DNA of 64,000 nt. Source: Candidatus Multivoradales bacterium (GTDB lineage Bacteria > Acidobacteriota > Thermoanaerobaculia > Multivoradales > Multivoraceae). Made by a program: the position numbers and the translations under genes. The notes below the pieces were generated by a model. It made no database searches, was not told where the DNA came from, and saw only the letters and a program-made list of their open reading frames with translations. This document shows, one piece after another, positions 47,619-58,500 of the stretch; position 1 is the stretch's first letter, and every line of letters starts with the position of its first letter. Where the stretch lies: the NCBI GenBank assembly GCA_965223325.1, contig CBDCWI010000002.1, positions 1,216,001 through 1,280,000 on the forward strand, given 5' to 3'.

Positions 47619-50407
47619 ACAGCCATCGCTCCAGCCCTTCAATGCTGTGGCCCCTCTTGCGGCTCGAGTGGCTCCTGCAGCTCCGTTCGCTGCGCTTTCG
47701 CTTTGCGGTCGCGCTCTCTCTCGCCCTGGCGGCTTTCCCGCCGCTCCTCCTCCACCTGAACCTGGCAGAGCAGCGCTGGCAGTTCGGACCGACGAGCTTT
47801 CTCACCGAGACCCAGGCGCTTCTGCCACTGCTTTCGGTTCTGTTGACCGTCGCAATCGTCGGCAACACCGCCCGCCGCCCCGGCATGACGCAACTCTTGA
47901 TCTCTTCGCCGATTTCAGTCGCGGGCTACTCGCTGACCAGGCTGTTGGCGCAAATCGCCACCGTCCTGCCGCTCACGTTGCTGGCTCTTCTCCCGGCGCT
48001 CGGCCTGGGCATTTGGCATTTCGGTACCGGCGACCTACCGCTGCGCACGGCTCTCTTGCTGTGGCTCTTGGAGATCGCACCACGTGTTCTGATCGTTGCG
48101 TCTGCCTGGCTGGGCCTGGTTCTCCTGGTGCAGAGTGAGGTGGCGGCCTTCTTCCTCGCCTGGCTCGGTGGGCTGACGGGCGAGGCGCTCCTCGACCGGC
48201 TGACCTTCCCGCTCGGCGTTCGCCTCAGCGAGTCAACGAGCTGGATCGGCATTCAGGAGTTCGGCCAGTGGGTGACAGTCCACTTCTTCATGAACGACAA
48301 CGAGCGGGCATGGCTCACGTTGCCGGCCACCGAGGCCCCGATCGTGCTCGACGCGGCCACCGCCGAGAGCCTGCTGCCCCTCCTCTTGCCACTCGCGGGG
48401 GCGCTCTTGGCTCTCTTGATCGGCATGAGCCGCATGGGTCGAACGACGCCCGACACGGGAGTGCGCCCGATTCCGCCGGATCATCCATTGCGCACCTTTC
48501 TTCAGCGGGCGCGCGACGTCCGCGACGCGATGCGCGCCGACGCCGGGCAGACGACCCGCGATCGCGCCCTTCGTTGGTCCGCTGCGGCCCTGGCCATCGT
48601 GATCGTCTCGATCGCGGTCCTGCGCGCCCGCGCGGTGGTCGATGCCGCAAACCGTCGCTACAACGCCATGGTTGCACCCGCGATCACCGCGACCGACTCC
48701 GCGGCTCGCATCGAGAGGTGGTCCGTCGTCGGCAGCCTTGGACCCCGCGGCCAGCTTTCTACGACGACCACCGGCGTCGTCACCAACACCGGCAATCGAG
48801 CTCTCTTAGCCCTGGGGTTCGAGCTCACCGACGGCGTCCGGGTCGACGCGGTCACGGCGACGGTCGCCGGCCAGACGCGCACAATCACCAAAGAGCGCCA
48901 GTTCGACCGCTTGGGTCTGCTCCTCGAACCCGCCCTCGATCCCGGCGCTACGCTCGAGCTCGAGGTCAAGACTTCGGGCCGGCCGCGCCATCTTGTCCTT
49001 CCGATTCGTGGATCTCTGGCGATCCGTTGGAAGCGCCATCTCGAGGCACGCTTTCCCCGCCATCTCGTCGCCGCCGGGAGCGCTCGTTTTGGCTCGGGGA
49101 TGAGTCCCGAAAGAACCGAACTCGGTCTTTCCGACCTGTCTCCACAGCCTCGCTTCACGACCTGGGAACTCACCCCTCCACCCGAGTTTCCCGGCGGACC
49201 CGGCCGGACCGTTCCGCCAGAGGAGGGACCGAGAGAGGTCGATCTGCGCTTCGATCTCGAGGTGCCAGACACCTGGACGCTCGTCGACTCGTGCGGGCAG
49301 GTGGCAAACGCCGGCCGGCTCCGATCGAGCTGCCGACAGCAGCCTGCGACCTGGCAGCTGGTGGGTGGCCGCGACTATGAACTCCACTCCTCCGCGGACG
49401 GGCAAGTCAAAGCGGCGCTCCTCGCTCCGCATGCGGAAGGTGCAGGTACTGTCTTGTCTGCCATGTCGCGGGTGGCTGAACTGTCGCGCGAAGGAAGAGG
49501 TGGCTTCGCTCCGATCGAGCGCATCACCCTCTGGGAGTACACGCCTCCCTTCGGCGCGCATCCCCAAACGGCACTAGCCGGCTTCCTCAGAAACCGTGAC
49601 GACAAGCCGATCATCAAGGGTCGACTGGTGTGGTTGCCCGAAGCATCGATCCTTCGTCCAGAGCCAATTGCCGCCGAAGCGCTCGCCGCGGCGATCCTCA
49701 TACAGGACGTCGAACTGCCCGAAGCCGCCACCGAAGCGGACGGCCGGGCACTGCGGGCTCTGCTTCGCACCTGGGTCCTCGAGCGCCTGGGCGTCGAACG
49801 GGAGAGTGCGGTGGTGTTCGCCAGCGGCTGGCAGTCCTGGAGCCTCTATCAACCGATGCTCGGAGCTGACCCCTACGACGGCCACTACTGGGGGCAACGC
49901 GTCCCAGCGCTTCTGGTTGACCTCAAGCACCGGGTCGGCGGCGCTGCACTCGACCGGGCCTTTAGGACCACTCTCCTCGAGCCGGAAGCCGCCGCTGCAC
50001 TCCCGGGCCCGGTGAGCGTACGCGGTTTGATCGAAGCGATCGCGCGCGAGTCGGGCAAAGACCTGTCGCAGTACTACGCCGACTACATCGCCCGCGGGCA
50101 CCTGCCGAGACTCATTCTGGCGAACGTCACCTCACGCCCCGAACGCGGTGTCTGGCGGGTCGAAGGCCAGCTGCGCAACGAGGGCCGTGGGCAGTCCGAG
50201 TGCCCCATCGTCGTGCAGACAGTGGCTGGCCCTGCGAGCATCAGAGTCACCGTCGACGGGTCCAGCCAGACGTCCTTCGAACTCGAGACCGATGGGCGCC
50301 CGCACACCGTCGTCGTGGACCCTGAAGAAACCTGTCTGCGTTTTCGCGCCTGGCGGCAACGTCGTCAGGAACGAGCTGACCTGGTCGGCGGAGATGAGGG
50401 CACATGA
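47615..50407 (+). CDS. ABC-2 permease fused to a degenerate M1 aminopeptidase-like extracytoplasmic domain
   Basis: About 6-7 N-terminal TM helices, then a soluble region with an M1-like 'L...VG...D.A.R' helix and 'P..VVVDP' C-terminus; no HExxH. Confidence 0.6.
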   Translation: MNSHRSSPSMLWPLLRLEWLLQLRSLRFRFAVALSLALAAFPPLLLHLNLAEQRWQFGPTSFLTETQALLPLLSVLLTVAIVGNTARRPGMTQLLISSPISVAGYSLTRLLAQIATVLPLTLLALLPALGLGIWHFGTGDLPLRTALLLWLLEIAPRVLIVASAWLGLVLLVQSEVAAFFLAWLGGLTGEALLDRLTFPLGVRLSESTSWIGIQEFGQWVTVHFFMNDNERAWLTLPATEAPIVLDAATAESLLPLLLPLAGALLALLIGMSRMGRTTPDTGVRPIPPDHPLRTFLQRARDVRDAMRADAGQTTRDRALRWSAAALAIVIVSIAVLRARAVVDAANRRYNAMVAPAITATDSAARIERWSVVGSLGPRGQLSTTTTGVVTNTGNRALLALGFELTDGVRVDAVTATVAGQTRTITKERQFDRLGLLLEPALDPGATLELEVKTSGRPRHLVLPIRGSLAIRWKRHLEARFPRHLVAAGSARFGSGMSPERTELGLSDLSPQPRFTTWELTPPPEFPGGPGRTVPPEEGPREVDLRFDLEVPDTWTLVDSCGQVANAGRLRSSCRQQPATWQLVGGRDYELHSSADGQVKAALLAPHAEGAGTVLSAMSRVAELSREGRGGFAPIERITLWEYTPPFGAHPQTALAGFLRNRDDKPIIKGRLVWLPEASILRPEPIAAEALAAAILIQDVELPEAATEADGRALRALLRTWVLERLGVERESAVVFASGWQSWSLYQPMLGADPYDGHYWGQRVPALLVDLKHRVGGAALDRAFRTTLLEPEAAAALPGPVSVRGLIEAIARESGKDLSQYYADYIARGHLPRLILANVTSRPERGVWRVEGQLRNEGRGQSECPIVVQTVAGPASIRVTVDGSSQTSFELETDGRPHTVVVDPEETCLRFRAWRQRRQERADLVGGDEGT

Positions 50408-51147
50408 GTCGGCAAGCCCGGAGCTCTCTCGGCAGCGTGCCGACGAGAGTGCAGGCCGTTCTCTGGCGCGCCTGGTACGACGTCGACCTCCTCCTCGGCC
50501 GACGCATCTGGCTGCTGCTCCTGGTCGACGGCATGCTGATCCTCTCCGGAATCCAGACCGCCGTCGACGCCGACGGCGACCAGCAAGCCTGGGTTCTGTA
50601 CCGCCAGACCGTGCTCATTCCCGCTTTCGTTCTCATGCTGCCCGCCCTTTCGGCGGTGCTTGCCCTCGAACGGCGGGCGGGGTCTTTAGAACTGGCTCTC
50701 TCCTCGGTCTCGGTAACGCGCTACGTCGCCCGTCGCGTGTGGCCTCTACCTGTGTTCTTTATCGTGCAGTCGCTTTTGGTGATCCCTTTCCTCCCCCACC
50801 CGCGCCGCGCCTGGCTCCTGCTCGTCGCCCTGCACGCGATCGCCGTCATTCTCAGCCTGGTGGCGGTGGTGGTCTTTTGGATCGTACGCATCGAGACTGC
50901 GGGAGGCGTGCTGGTCGCGGCGCTGGCGAGCTCGATCGCGCTCTCGACATTCGTCTTCAGGAGCCCGTTTCCACCGCGCACCGTCTTGACATTCGACCGA
51001 CTGCGACTGCCCCTACTCGAGAACGTCTCGACGCACCTGGTTGAGACTTTGTGGGGAATCGTCGTGCTTCTCGCGACCAGCCTGGTCTTGTTGATCGCTG
51101 CACGGTGGCGACTCCGACGACCGCATCGCCTGGCAGGCCATCACTGA
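50404..51147 (+). CDS. ABC-2 permease-like membrane protein
   Basis: About 6 TM helices, 'ERRAGSLEL.L' coupling motif; ATGA overlap. Confidence 0.7.
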   Translation: MSRQARSSLGSVPTRVQAVLWRAWYDVDLLLGRRIWLLLLVDGMLILSGIQTAVDADGDQQAWVLYRQTVLIPAFVLMLPALSAVLALERRAGSLELALSSVSVTRYVARRVWPLPVFFIVQSLLVIPFLPHPRRAWLLLVALHAIAVILSLVAVVVFWIVRIETAGGVLVAALASSIALSTFVFRSPFPPRTVLTFDRLRLPLLENVSTHLVETLWGIVVLLATSLVLLIAARWRLRRPHRLAGHH

Positions 51148-51207
51148 TCGACGGGCCCTCCCCTGCCCCATGGACTCTTCCTACCCGCTAACACCGAGAA
51201 CCCGAAC

Positions 51208-52419
51208 ATGAACCACCTTCAACGACCGCAACAGCGGGCTGCCCCCATCGGGGCGACCGGACTGGTTTGCGTTCTCTGCCTCACCGCGTGCGTAACGCCC
51301 GAGTCCCCACCGGTCGAACCGACAGCGGTCGCCGTGACCTCGGAAGTGGTGGCCAGGAAGCCGTTTCGCGCCGCCATTGACCTACTCGGTGAAGTCGAGG
51401 CTCACTCGCTCACACCCATCACCGCACCCATCGCCGGCGAGCTCGAACTGGCCGCGCGCTTTCGCAACGGGTTCGAAACGGGAGCCAGCGTCCGGCGCGG
51501 TGAGGTGCTGGCAACCATCTCCAACCTCGACCTACGCCTGGAGGTCGACCGCGCCACACTCGAAGTGTCCACCAAGGACGCCGAACTCGAACGGACCCAA
51601 GCTGGCGTTGATGCAGGAGTCGTGCGCGACGTCGATTTGGAGCGGGCGCGAGACGAGGCGAAGATCGCCCACGCGCAGCTCGAGGCTGCGCGAGCACGTC
51701 TAGAACGTCGTATCGTGCGCTCGCCGAGAACCGGATGGCTGCGGGTCGCCGAAACGATCCACTCGGCAACTGAAGTCTCGGCCGGGCAGGTCTTGGCAAG
51801 CGTCGCGGAAGGTGGACCCCAGCGCATCGTCGCGTGGGCCAGTGCCTCGGACCTGCCGCGTCTTCGCTCGGCGCTCGACGACCCCTCGACCGTTGTCGAG
51901 GCTCGGCTTCCAGGCCGAATCGAGCCGATCGCCAGCGGGCGGTTGGTCGAAGTCGCCCGCGACCTCGACCAGCACGGCGCGGCGCGGATCGGCGCAGTAG
52001 CCCTCGAGTCCTACCTGCTTCCGCCAGCCGGTCAGGGGCTCGAAGTGCGGGTCCTCATCGGCGAGGCCGAAGACAGCCTCACGGTGCCCGAAGACGCCCT
52101 GGTCAAACGCTCGGGCATCTCCTCGGTCTGGGTCCTCGAAACCACGGGCGATCACTTCCGGGCGAACCATCGCATCGTCACCCTCGGCGGCCAGAACGAC
52201 GGCACCTGGCAGGTCGTCGACGGGCTGGCCGAAGGCGAGCGCATTGCTGTGCGTGGGGTGGAGTTGCTCAGCGACGGTGGACTCGCCATTCGCGACGACC
52301 GTCGGCGGACGGCCTCGGGTCGCTGGGTGAGCAGCGACGACTCACCGCCGGAATCCGCGCGCACAGGCCAGGACGAAAGTGAACCCGGCGACCAGGAGCA
52401 GGAGACGGCCGACCCTTGA
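51208..52419 (+). CDS. RND periplasmic adaptor (MFP) lipoprotein
   Basis: Lipobox LTAC, lipoyl halves, helical hairpin, 'VP..A' and 'GL..G..I'. Confidence 0.88.
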   Translation: MNHLQRPQQRAAPIGATGLVCVLCLTACVTPESPPVEPTAVAVTSEVVARKPFRAAIDLLGEVEAHSLTPITAPIAGELELAARFRNGFETGASVRRGEVLATISNLDLRLEVDRATLEVSTKDAELERTQAGVDAGVVRDVDLERARDEAKIAHAQLEAARARLERRIVRSPRTGWLRVAETIHSATEVSAGQVLASVAEGGPQRIVAWASASDLPRLRSALDDPSTVVEARLPGRIEPIASGRLVEVARDLDQHGAARIGAVALESYLLPPAGQGLEVRVLIGEAEDSLTVPEDALVKRSGISSVWVLETTGDHFRANHRIVTLGGQNDGTWQVVDGLAEGERIAVRGVELLSDGGLAIRDDRRRTASGRWVSSDDSPPESARTGQDESEPGDQEQETADP

Positions 52420-55400
52420 CGACCCGCAAGTCAGAGGACAGGGAAAACGATCCGGCGCCCCCCGGACCACCGCTAGAGGGCCCGGTGCGGCGACTGGTGT
52501 CGGCCTGCCTCGAGCGCCCGACCGCCGTCACCATCGCCAGCCTTGCGTTGGTGGCACTCGGCGCTCTCTCACTCCTTCGACTGCCGGTCGCCCTCTTGCC
52601 GCAGCTCGAACGACCCGCCCTGGTGGTCTTGCTCGAGGACCCGGAAGCCGGCCGGGAGGATCTGCTCCTGCGCGCCGTCGAGCCGCTCGAGCGCCGTTTG
52701 ATGACGCTCCCGGGAGTCTTGCGCGTCGAAAGTTGGGTCGGCGACGGTACAGCGCGCCTGGTCACTGAAGCCGAGTGGCAAACCGATCCTGACACCTTGC
52801 GCATCGACGCAGAGCGCCGCCTCGCCGGAATCGATCTCGGCAACGCACGGCGCACCATCACGATGCGCTCGGGCGACTCCGAACCGGTTCTCTCGATTGT
52901 CATCACCGGCGGCCGTTCGGCGATCCACCGCGCACGATTCACCGACCGCACCCTGGTTCCCGAGTTGGCGACCAGCCGTGGCGCCGGCGACCTGCACCGC
53001 ACGGGCGGTGCCACCCTGCGGCCCGTGGTTCGGCCCCATGCGGCAGCTCTTGCCGCCAACGACCTGTCCGCCCACAGCATCGCACTGCGACTCGAGAGCA
53101 TCGGAGAAAGCCGGCCGATCGGCCGCATCCGCGAAGGAGGCGAACGCAGAGCGCTCGAGTTCGGAGAGACGGTGCGTACTATCGAAGAACTCGCGCGCGT
53201 CCGCGTGTACCGCGAAGGCGAGATGAGCGAGGGGCCCGGTGTCGCTCTCGGAGACCTTGCCCAGGTGGCGCTCGAGTCGGTGCGTGAGGACGGCCTCTAT
53301 CGCTACCGCGGACGCGACGCGGTCCTGCTCGAGCTCTGGCGAGGCCCCGGCCAGAACGCGGTGCGACTGGCGCGCGACGCCAAACAGAAGGTCGCCTCCC
53401 TCAAAAGTGCGGCGAACGCCGAAGGGATCGAGCTGCAGACGATCGACAACGCCGGCGACGAGGTGGAGCAAGCACTGCTGGCGCTCGGCGGAGCGGCGCT
53501 CCTCGGCCTGTTCTTCGCCACCGTCATTCTGCGTTTGCTCCTCGGCGCCTGGCTCCCGACCCTGGTTCTCGCGGTCATCATTCCGGCGTCTCTCGCGATT
53601 ACCTTTGGCCTCTTCCTGCTCACCGGCACGACGCTCGACATCGTGGCGCTCGCTGGCCTGGCGCTGGCGATCGGACTCCTGGTCGACAACTCGATCGTGG
53701 TGCTCGAAGCGATCGCGGTGACAAGTCGCCGAGGAAAGCAGGAAGTAGGCGATGAAGCGGACGCTGGTGTCAGTGAGCTGGGAACACAGGCCACGGTACG
53801 AACGGTTGTCGCGACCGGCGTCGGAGGAGTTGCGGCGGCATTGGTGGGCAGTTTTCTCACCACCGCTGCGATCTTCATTCCCCTCATCTATCTACGCGGC
53901 CTGGCTCGCGCGTTCTTTGGCGTTCAGGCCTTCGCCATCGTCGGAGCGCTCCTGGTCTCGCTCCTCTTGTCGTTGACTCTGCTTCCCGTCATCGTTTCGG
54001 TCTTCGGTCGAGGTCGTCGATCGGCTCCTCGCGCCCTCCTTCGATCGGCGGTTGAGAGCGGGCGTCAACCGCTGCGCCCCCTCTTTCTGCGCCTTCTCCG
54101 CGCCGCGCTCAGAACACCGCGAACTACCGTGGTCTTCGCCTCGCTCGTCGCCCTTGTGACCGGTGGTCTCGCGTACCTGACCCTACCGCGCGCCTTGATG
54201 CCTGGCGGACCGGCCCAGGGTCTCGAGGCCACCCTCACCTTCCCCGGTGACCTCGACGAGGACGCGGTGCTCGAGCGGATGCTCGAACTCGAGGCGAACC
54301 TGGTGGGCAACGCCAACCATCCCTGGTCGTTGCGCTGGCGGACCGCTGGCCTCGCCGATCCCGACCCCGACGAACGGGAGAATGGCCTCCTCCGTCTGGT
54401 GGGAGAACCGGACAACCGTGAGTTTGACGAGTTCATCGCCCGTACCCGCGAAGCGCTCCTCCGAACGCCTGGCCTCGACTCGAGCCTCAGGCGCCGGGGT
54501 AGCGCCCTCGAGCGCGCCTTCGATCGCAGCCTGGCCCGCTTCGAGATCGATGCCAGCGCGCCCACACCGGTCAGCGCTCGCCAGTTGGCCGACCGCGTTC
54601 TCGAGGCCGACGCGACCCAAGCGGGAGGAGCCCGGCTCGTCGAGCGTTACCCACCCACACCGCATCGCACGCTCCACCTCCGCCCAGGTGTTCTCGGCAA
54701 GGTCGACGCGGTGAGTATCGAGCGCCAGGTGGGAGCGAGCCTCGGCGGCATCGAAGCCGGTCGTCTCGACGGCGACGCCTATCCCGATGCCGACGCCGCC
54801 ATCCTCCTCGAGGCTACCGAACCAAGAGATCCAGCACGCCTCCCGGTGGTCACCGCAAGCGTGACCCAGGGAGGCGAGCGAGCGGTGCCGCTTGGAGTCC
54901 TGGCGGTCTTCGAAGACCGACGCTCACCTGCACCGTGGTTCAGAGTCAACGGCCGGCCGTCGGTGCGCATCGAGCAGGCCTCCGGCGCACCGCTCCATGA
55001 GGGAGCGCTCGAGCTCCGGCCGGACGAAACCCTCCGGCCAACCGGAACCGCCTTCGAAACGCGGCGTTCCTTCAGACAGCTCGGCCTCGCTCTGGGACTC
55101 GGCCTGGTCCTCATGTGGCTAACCCTCGCGGCGCTTCAGGAGTCGCTCGTTCTGCCCCTCGCGACCCTCTTGACCCTCCCGATCGCAATCGCCGGCGGCC
55201 TGACGGCGCTTCTGGTCTCTGGGCAGACCCTCAACGTCGCGTCGATTCTCGGACTGGTGCTGTTGTCTGGGATCGTGGTCAACAACTCCATCGTACTTCT
55301 CTTTCGAATGGAGTCGCATTGGCGAGGCGGTGCCAGCGCGCCCGAGGCCGCGCTCCTAGGAGCACGCGAGCGCTACCGCCCCATCCTCATGACCTCGGCC

Positions 55401-55556
55401 ACCACGGTCGCAGCCCTCCTGCCCTTGGCCATCGCCGGTGCCGGAATCGAGGCATCGCTCGCTGTCGGCGTCATCGGTGGGCTGCTCGCCGGCTTCATCG
55501 GCTCGCTGATCGTCTCGCCGGCGACCTGGGCACTGCTGCGCCGGGCGAGTCAGTAG
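52416..55556 (+). CDS. RND efflux permease (AcrB/MdtBC-like)
   Basis: 'RP', 'LPV.LLP', 'AIGLLVDNSIVV.E', 'GIVVNNSI', 'R.RPILMT'. Confidence 0.88.
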   Translation: MTTRKSEDRENDPAPPGPPLEGPVRRLVSACLERPTAVTIASLALVALGALSLLRLPVALLPQLERPALVVLLEDPEAGREDLLLRAVEPLERRLMTLPGVLRVESWVGDGTARLVTEAEWQTDPDTLRIDAERRLAGIDLGNARRTITMRSGDSEPVLSIVITGGRSAIHRARFTDRTLVPELATSRGAGDLHRTGGATLRPVVRPHAAALAANDLSAHSIALRLESIGESRPIGRIREGGERRALEFGETVRTIEELARVRVYREGEMSEGPGVALGDLAQVALESVREDGLYRYRGRDAVLLELWRGPGQNAVRLARDAKQKVASLKSAANAEGIELQTIDNAGDEVEQALLALGGAALLGLFFATVILRLLLGAWLPTLVLAVIIPASLAITFGLFLLTGTTLDIVALAGLALAIGLLVDNSIVVLEAIAVTSRRGKQEVGDEADAGVSELGTQATVRTVVATGVGGVAAALVGSFLTTAAIFIPLIYLRGLARAFFGVQAFAIVGALLVSLLLSLTLLPVIVSVFGRGRRSAPRALLRSAVESGRQPLRPLFLRLLRAALRTPRTTVVFASLVALVTGGLAYLTLPRALMPGGPAQGLEATLTFPGDLDEDAVLERMLELEANLVGNANHPWSLRWRTAGLADPDPDERENGLLRLVGEPDNREFDEFIARTREALLRTPGLDSSLRRRGSALERAFDRSLARFEIDASAPTPVSARQLADRVLEADATQAGGARLVERYPPTPHRTLHLRPGVLGKVDAVSIERQVGASLGGIEAGRLDGDAYPDADAAILLEATEPRDPARLPVVTASVTQGGERAVPLGVLAVFEDRRSPAPWFRVNGRPSVRIEQASGAPLHEGALELRPDETLRPTGTAFETRRSFRQLGLALGLGLVLMWLTLAALQESLVLPLATLLTLPIAIAGGLTALLVSGQTLNVASILGLVLLSGIVVNNSIVLLFRMESHWRGGASAPEAALLGARERYRPILMTSATTVAALLPLAIAGAGIEASLAVGVIGGLLAGFIGSLIVSPATWALLRRASQ

Positions 55557-55557
55557 C

Positions 55558-58500
55558 GTGAGGCAAACCAACCGAAAGCCTGCCGGGCAGAATCGGAGCC
55601 TTTCGGCGATTCTCATTCTCCTTTCCCTCTGGATCATCGGCGGAGTCGCCGCCACCGAGCTCCAACCGAGCTGGCTGCCAACGGCCGGTGGCGGCGACCT
55701 GCGCATCAACCTCACGCTCAGAAACGCCCTGCCCGTCGAAGTGGTCACCGAACGCTTCGTCGTGCCCATCGAGGCGGCGACGCGCGCCGCCGGAGGAATC
55801 CAGGAAGCGGTCGGTAGAGTTTCGACACACGGCGCTGATCTCCAGCTGCGCCTGGCGCCCGCACCCGCGACCGGGATCCCGAGGAGCACAACCACCGCTG
55901 GCGAGCGCAAACTCGCACGCCTCGAAACCGAGCTTTTGCCTCTGCGCGAAACACTGCCCGAAGGCGCGCGACTCGAGGTTTCAGCCGGCAGTCGCACGCG
56001 CAGCTTCGCGCTCGCACTGTGGATCGATGACGACGAGGCGGCCATCACCTCGCACCGCGATCGTTTGCGCGCCCTGCCGGAGGTGCGCCACGTCGATCTA
56101 GCGGGCGTTGGAAACACGCGTGTCGAAATCACGCCGCGACCAGAGTCGAATGACCCGGAGTCGAGGCGCGCCATAGAGACAGCCGCTAACCACGTCGCTC
56201 GCAGCGTCGACCTCGGGACCTATCGCACAGAGACCGGGCAGGAGATTCCGCTACGCACCGGTAGCCCCGCCTCCAGGAACCAGACCCTGGGTGAGACCGT
56301 CATCGCTGCTGGAGGCACGGCCCCGCCCATGCGACTCGACGCGATCGCCGATCTCGCCATCAACCGTCGCGCCGCCGACTTCCGCGTGCGCGCCGACGGA
56401 GAGGCCGGACGAGCCCTCCTCATCCATGGCCAAGACGGCGGCACACAGCGCGATGCGGCGGGCGGCCCGCTGGCCCTGCGGCGCGCGCTCGACCGTTACC
56501 GCGCCACGCACGACCTGCTGGAGAACAGCCGCATTCTCTTCGACGACGGTGGGCCGCTGCGCGACTTTCTAGGCCGCGGCTTGACGGCCCTTGTTGTCCT
56601 CGCACTCGTTCTCCTCGTCGCTGGTTGGTCGTCGCTCGGACCGCGAGCGGGACTCTGGTGGGCTTCCTCGCTCCCCACCGCCATGGCTCTGGTTGCGACC
56701 GCAGCCCGACTTTTGGACTTCGAACTGACGATCGTCACCATGCCGACCATCCTCGTGGGACTTCTCGCGGGGCCGCTGGCCCACTCGCTTCTCATGATGG
56801 CGAGGTCCGACGAAGGTGGGAGGGGCAGTCGCTGGCTCTGGTTCTTCGCCGCCTCGAGTCTCAGCCTGGTGGCCATCCGTTGGCTCGGAGGACCTCTGGC
56901 GCCAATCCTCGAAGGGCCGGCGCGCGTGTTCTGGACAACCACTACGCTGGCCGCGTTGGGCGGTACGGGAACAGGCCTCTTCGCGCGCCGCGCTGCAACG
57001 CGGGGTGGGCAGCGGCCCAAGCTGCGACCGACGGCACAGCGCTTCGCCCGCACCATCCTGCGCCTCAACTTGCGCCACGCACCAGCGGTCGTAGCGGTCA
57101 CCCTTCTACCGGTCTGGTTCGCTGTCGGCTGGCTCTTGCCCACCCTCACGCCGCGGCCAACCAGCCTGGCTCCTCCGAGCGACGACCTGGTGATCGAGGT
57201 CATGCCTCCGCATGGGTACACGGTCTCGGAAACGGAACAGTTGGTCGCCAATATCGAAGCCCATCTACAAGCGAAGTTCAAGCAGCGCCCACCTGGTGGG
57301 ACGCCCGAAAACGACGGTGCAACCTGGTGGTCGTGGCTCGGCGCCTCCCAGGCGCGCATTCTCATCGACCTCCACGAGGACTTGGGGCGGGGCGAGCTGG
57401 AACGCCGCGCGCTGCGCCTCGAAAGCGAGCTCGCGGTCCTCCCGGCGATCATAGAAGTCAAGAGTCTGACCGACGGTGCGGCGGCATCGGCCCCGGCCGT
57501 GCGTTTCTCGGGCAGCCTGGCGAGCGAGGCCGAGACCGACGACGACGCCTTCAGCTATCGCGTCCTCTTGAGCGCCACCCGCCTCGAGGCGCTGCGCCGC
57601 GCCGAGCGCCTCATCACTCGCGGCCTGTCGACACGCGGCATTCCGCCGCGCTCGATTCACACCGCCTGGAGCACTCCCGAAACCATCGTTCGCCTCGAAC
57701 CGATCACCGCCGGTGGTCTCGGGGCCAGCGAAGCGGCGGCCCTCGATCTGCTCGCCGAACGCAGCCGACCGCCGGTCAGCCGACCGCTGGCGGGTCAACG
57801 TGACATCGAGTGGACGCTTCGCCGGCCCGGCACTCCGACTCACGTCGACCCAGAACAGCTACCGCCGCCTGAACTCGAAACACTCCGCCGCCCCGAGGTC
57901 ACCACCCTCGGGCCAATCGCTCCGCTCGATGCCTTTCGCCTCAGACGGACCCTACGCGAGCCCATGGTTCTGCGCGAGAACGGCCGCTACGTGCTACCTG
58001 TCGATATCGCGCTTTCCGGTAGCGAATCAAAGCGCCGAGCGCTGCAAAGAGACACCCACCGCTGGCTGGGACAAAGGGCAGGCTCACTCGGCGTCCACAT
58101 CGAACGTCCGCGCATGGGGCGCTGGGAGAGGGCACTGGAGCACCAGCGCCTCTTGTCTCTCCTGCTCTTTCTCCCGGTTCTGGCGCTGGTCCTCGCCGGC
58201 ATCCGGCTCGACTCCTCTACTCTCGCCCTCTTCTCAGGCGCAGCGTTGGCGGTGGCGATCTCGGTTGCGATCCTGGCGTTGCGCGCCGGCAGTGGCCAGG
58301 CCTCCGCGATGAGTCTCTTCGCCCTCGCGACGGGGATCTCGCTGTCGTTGCCGATGCTCCTCGAGCACCTGGCGCGCGGCGCCGATGCCTCTCGGGTTCA
58401 CCAACCGTATGGCTGGCGCGGTGACCTCCGCGTCTCCGGTTTCTCGATTGCCGCGCTGCGACGACTGCTCCAAAACATCGTGCCGTTCGCCTGCGTGGCG

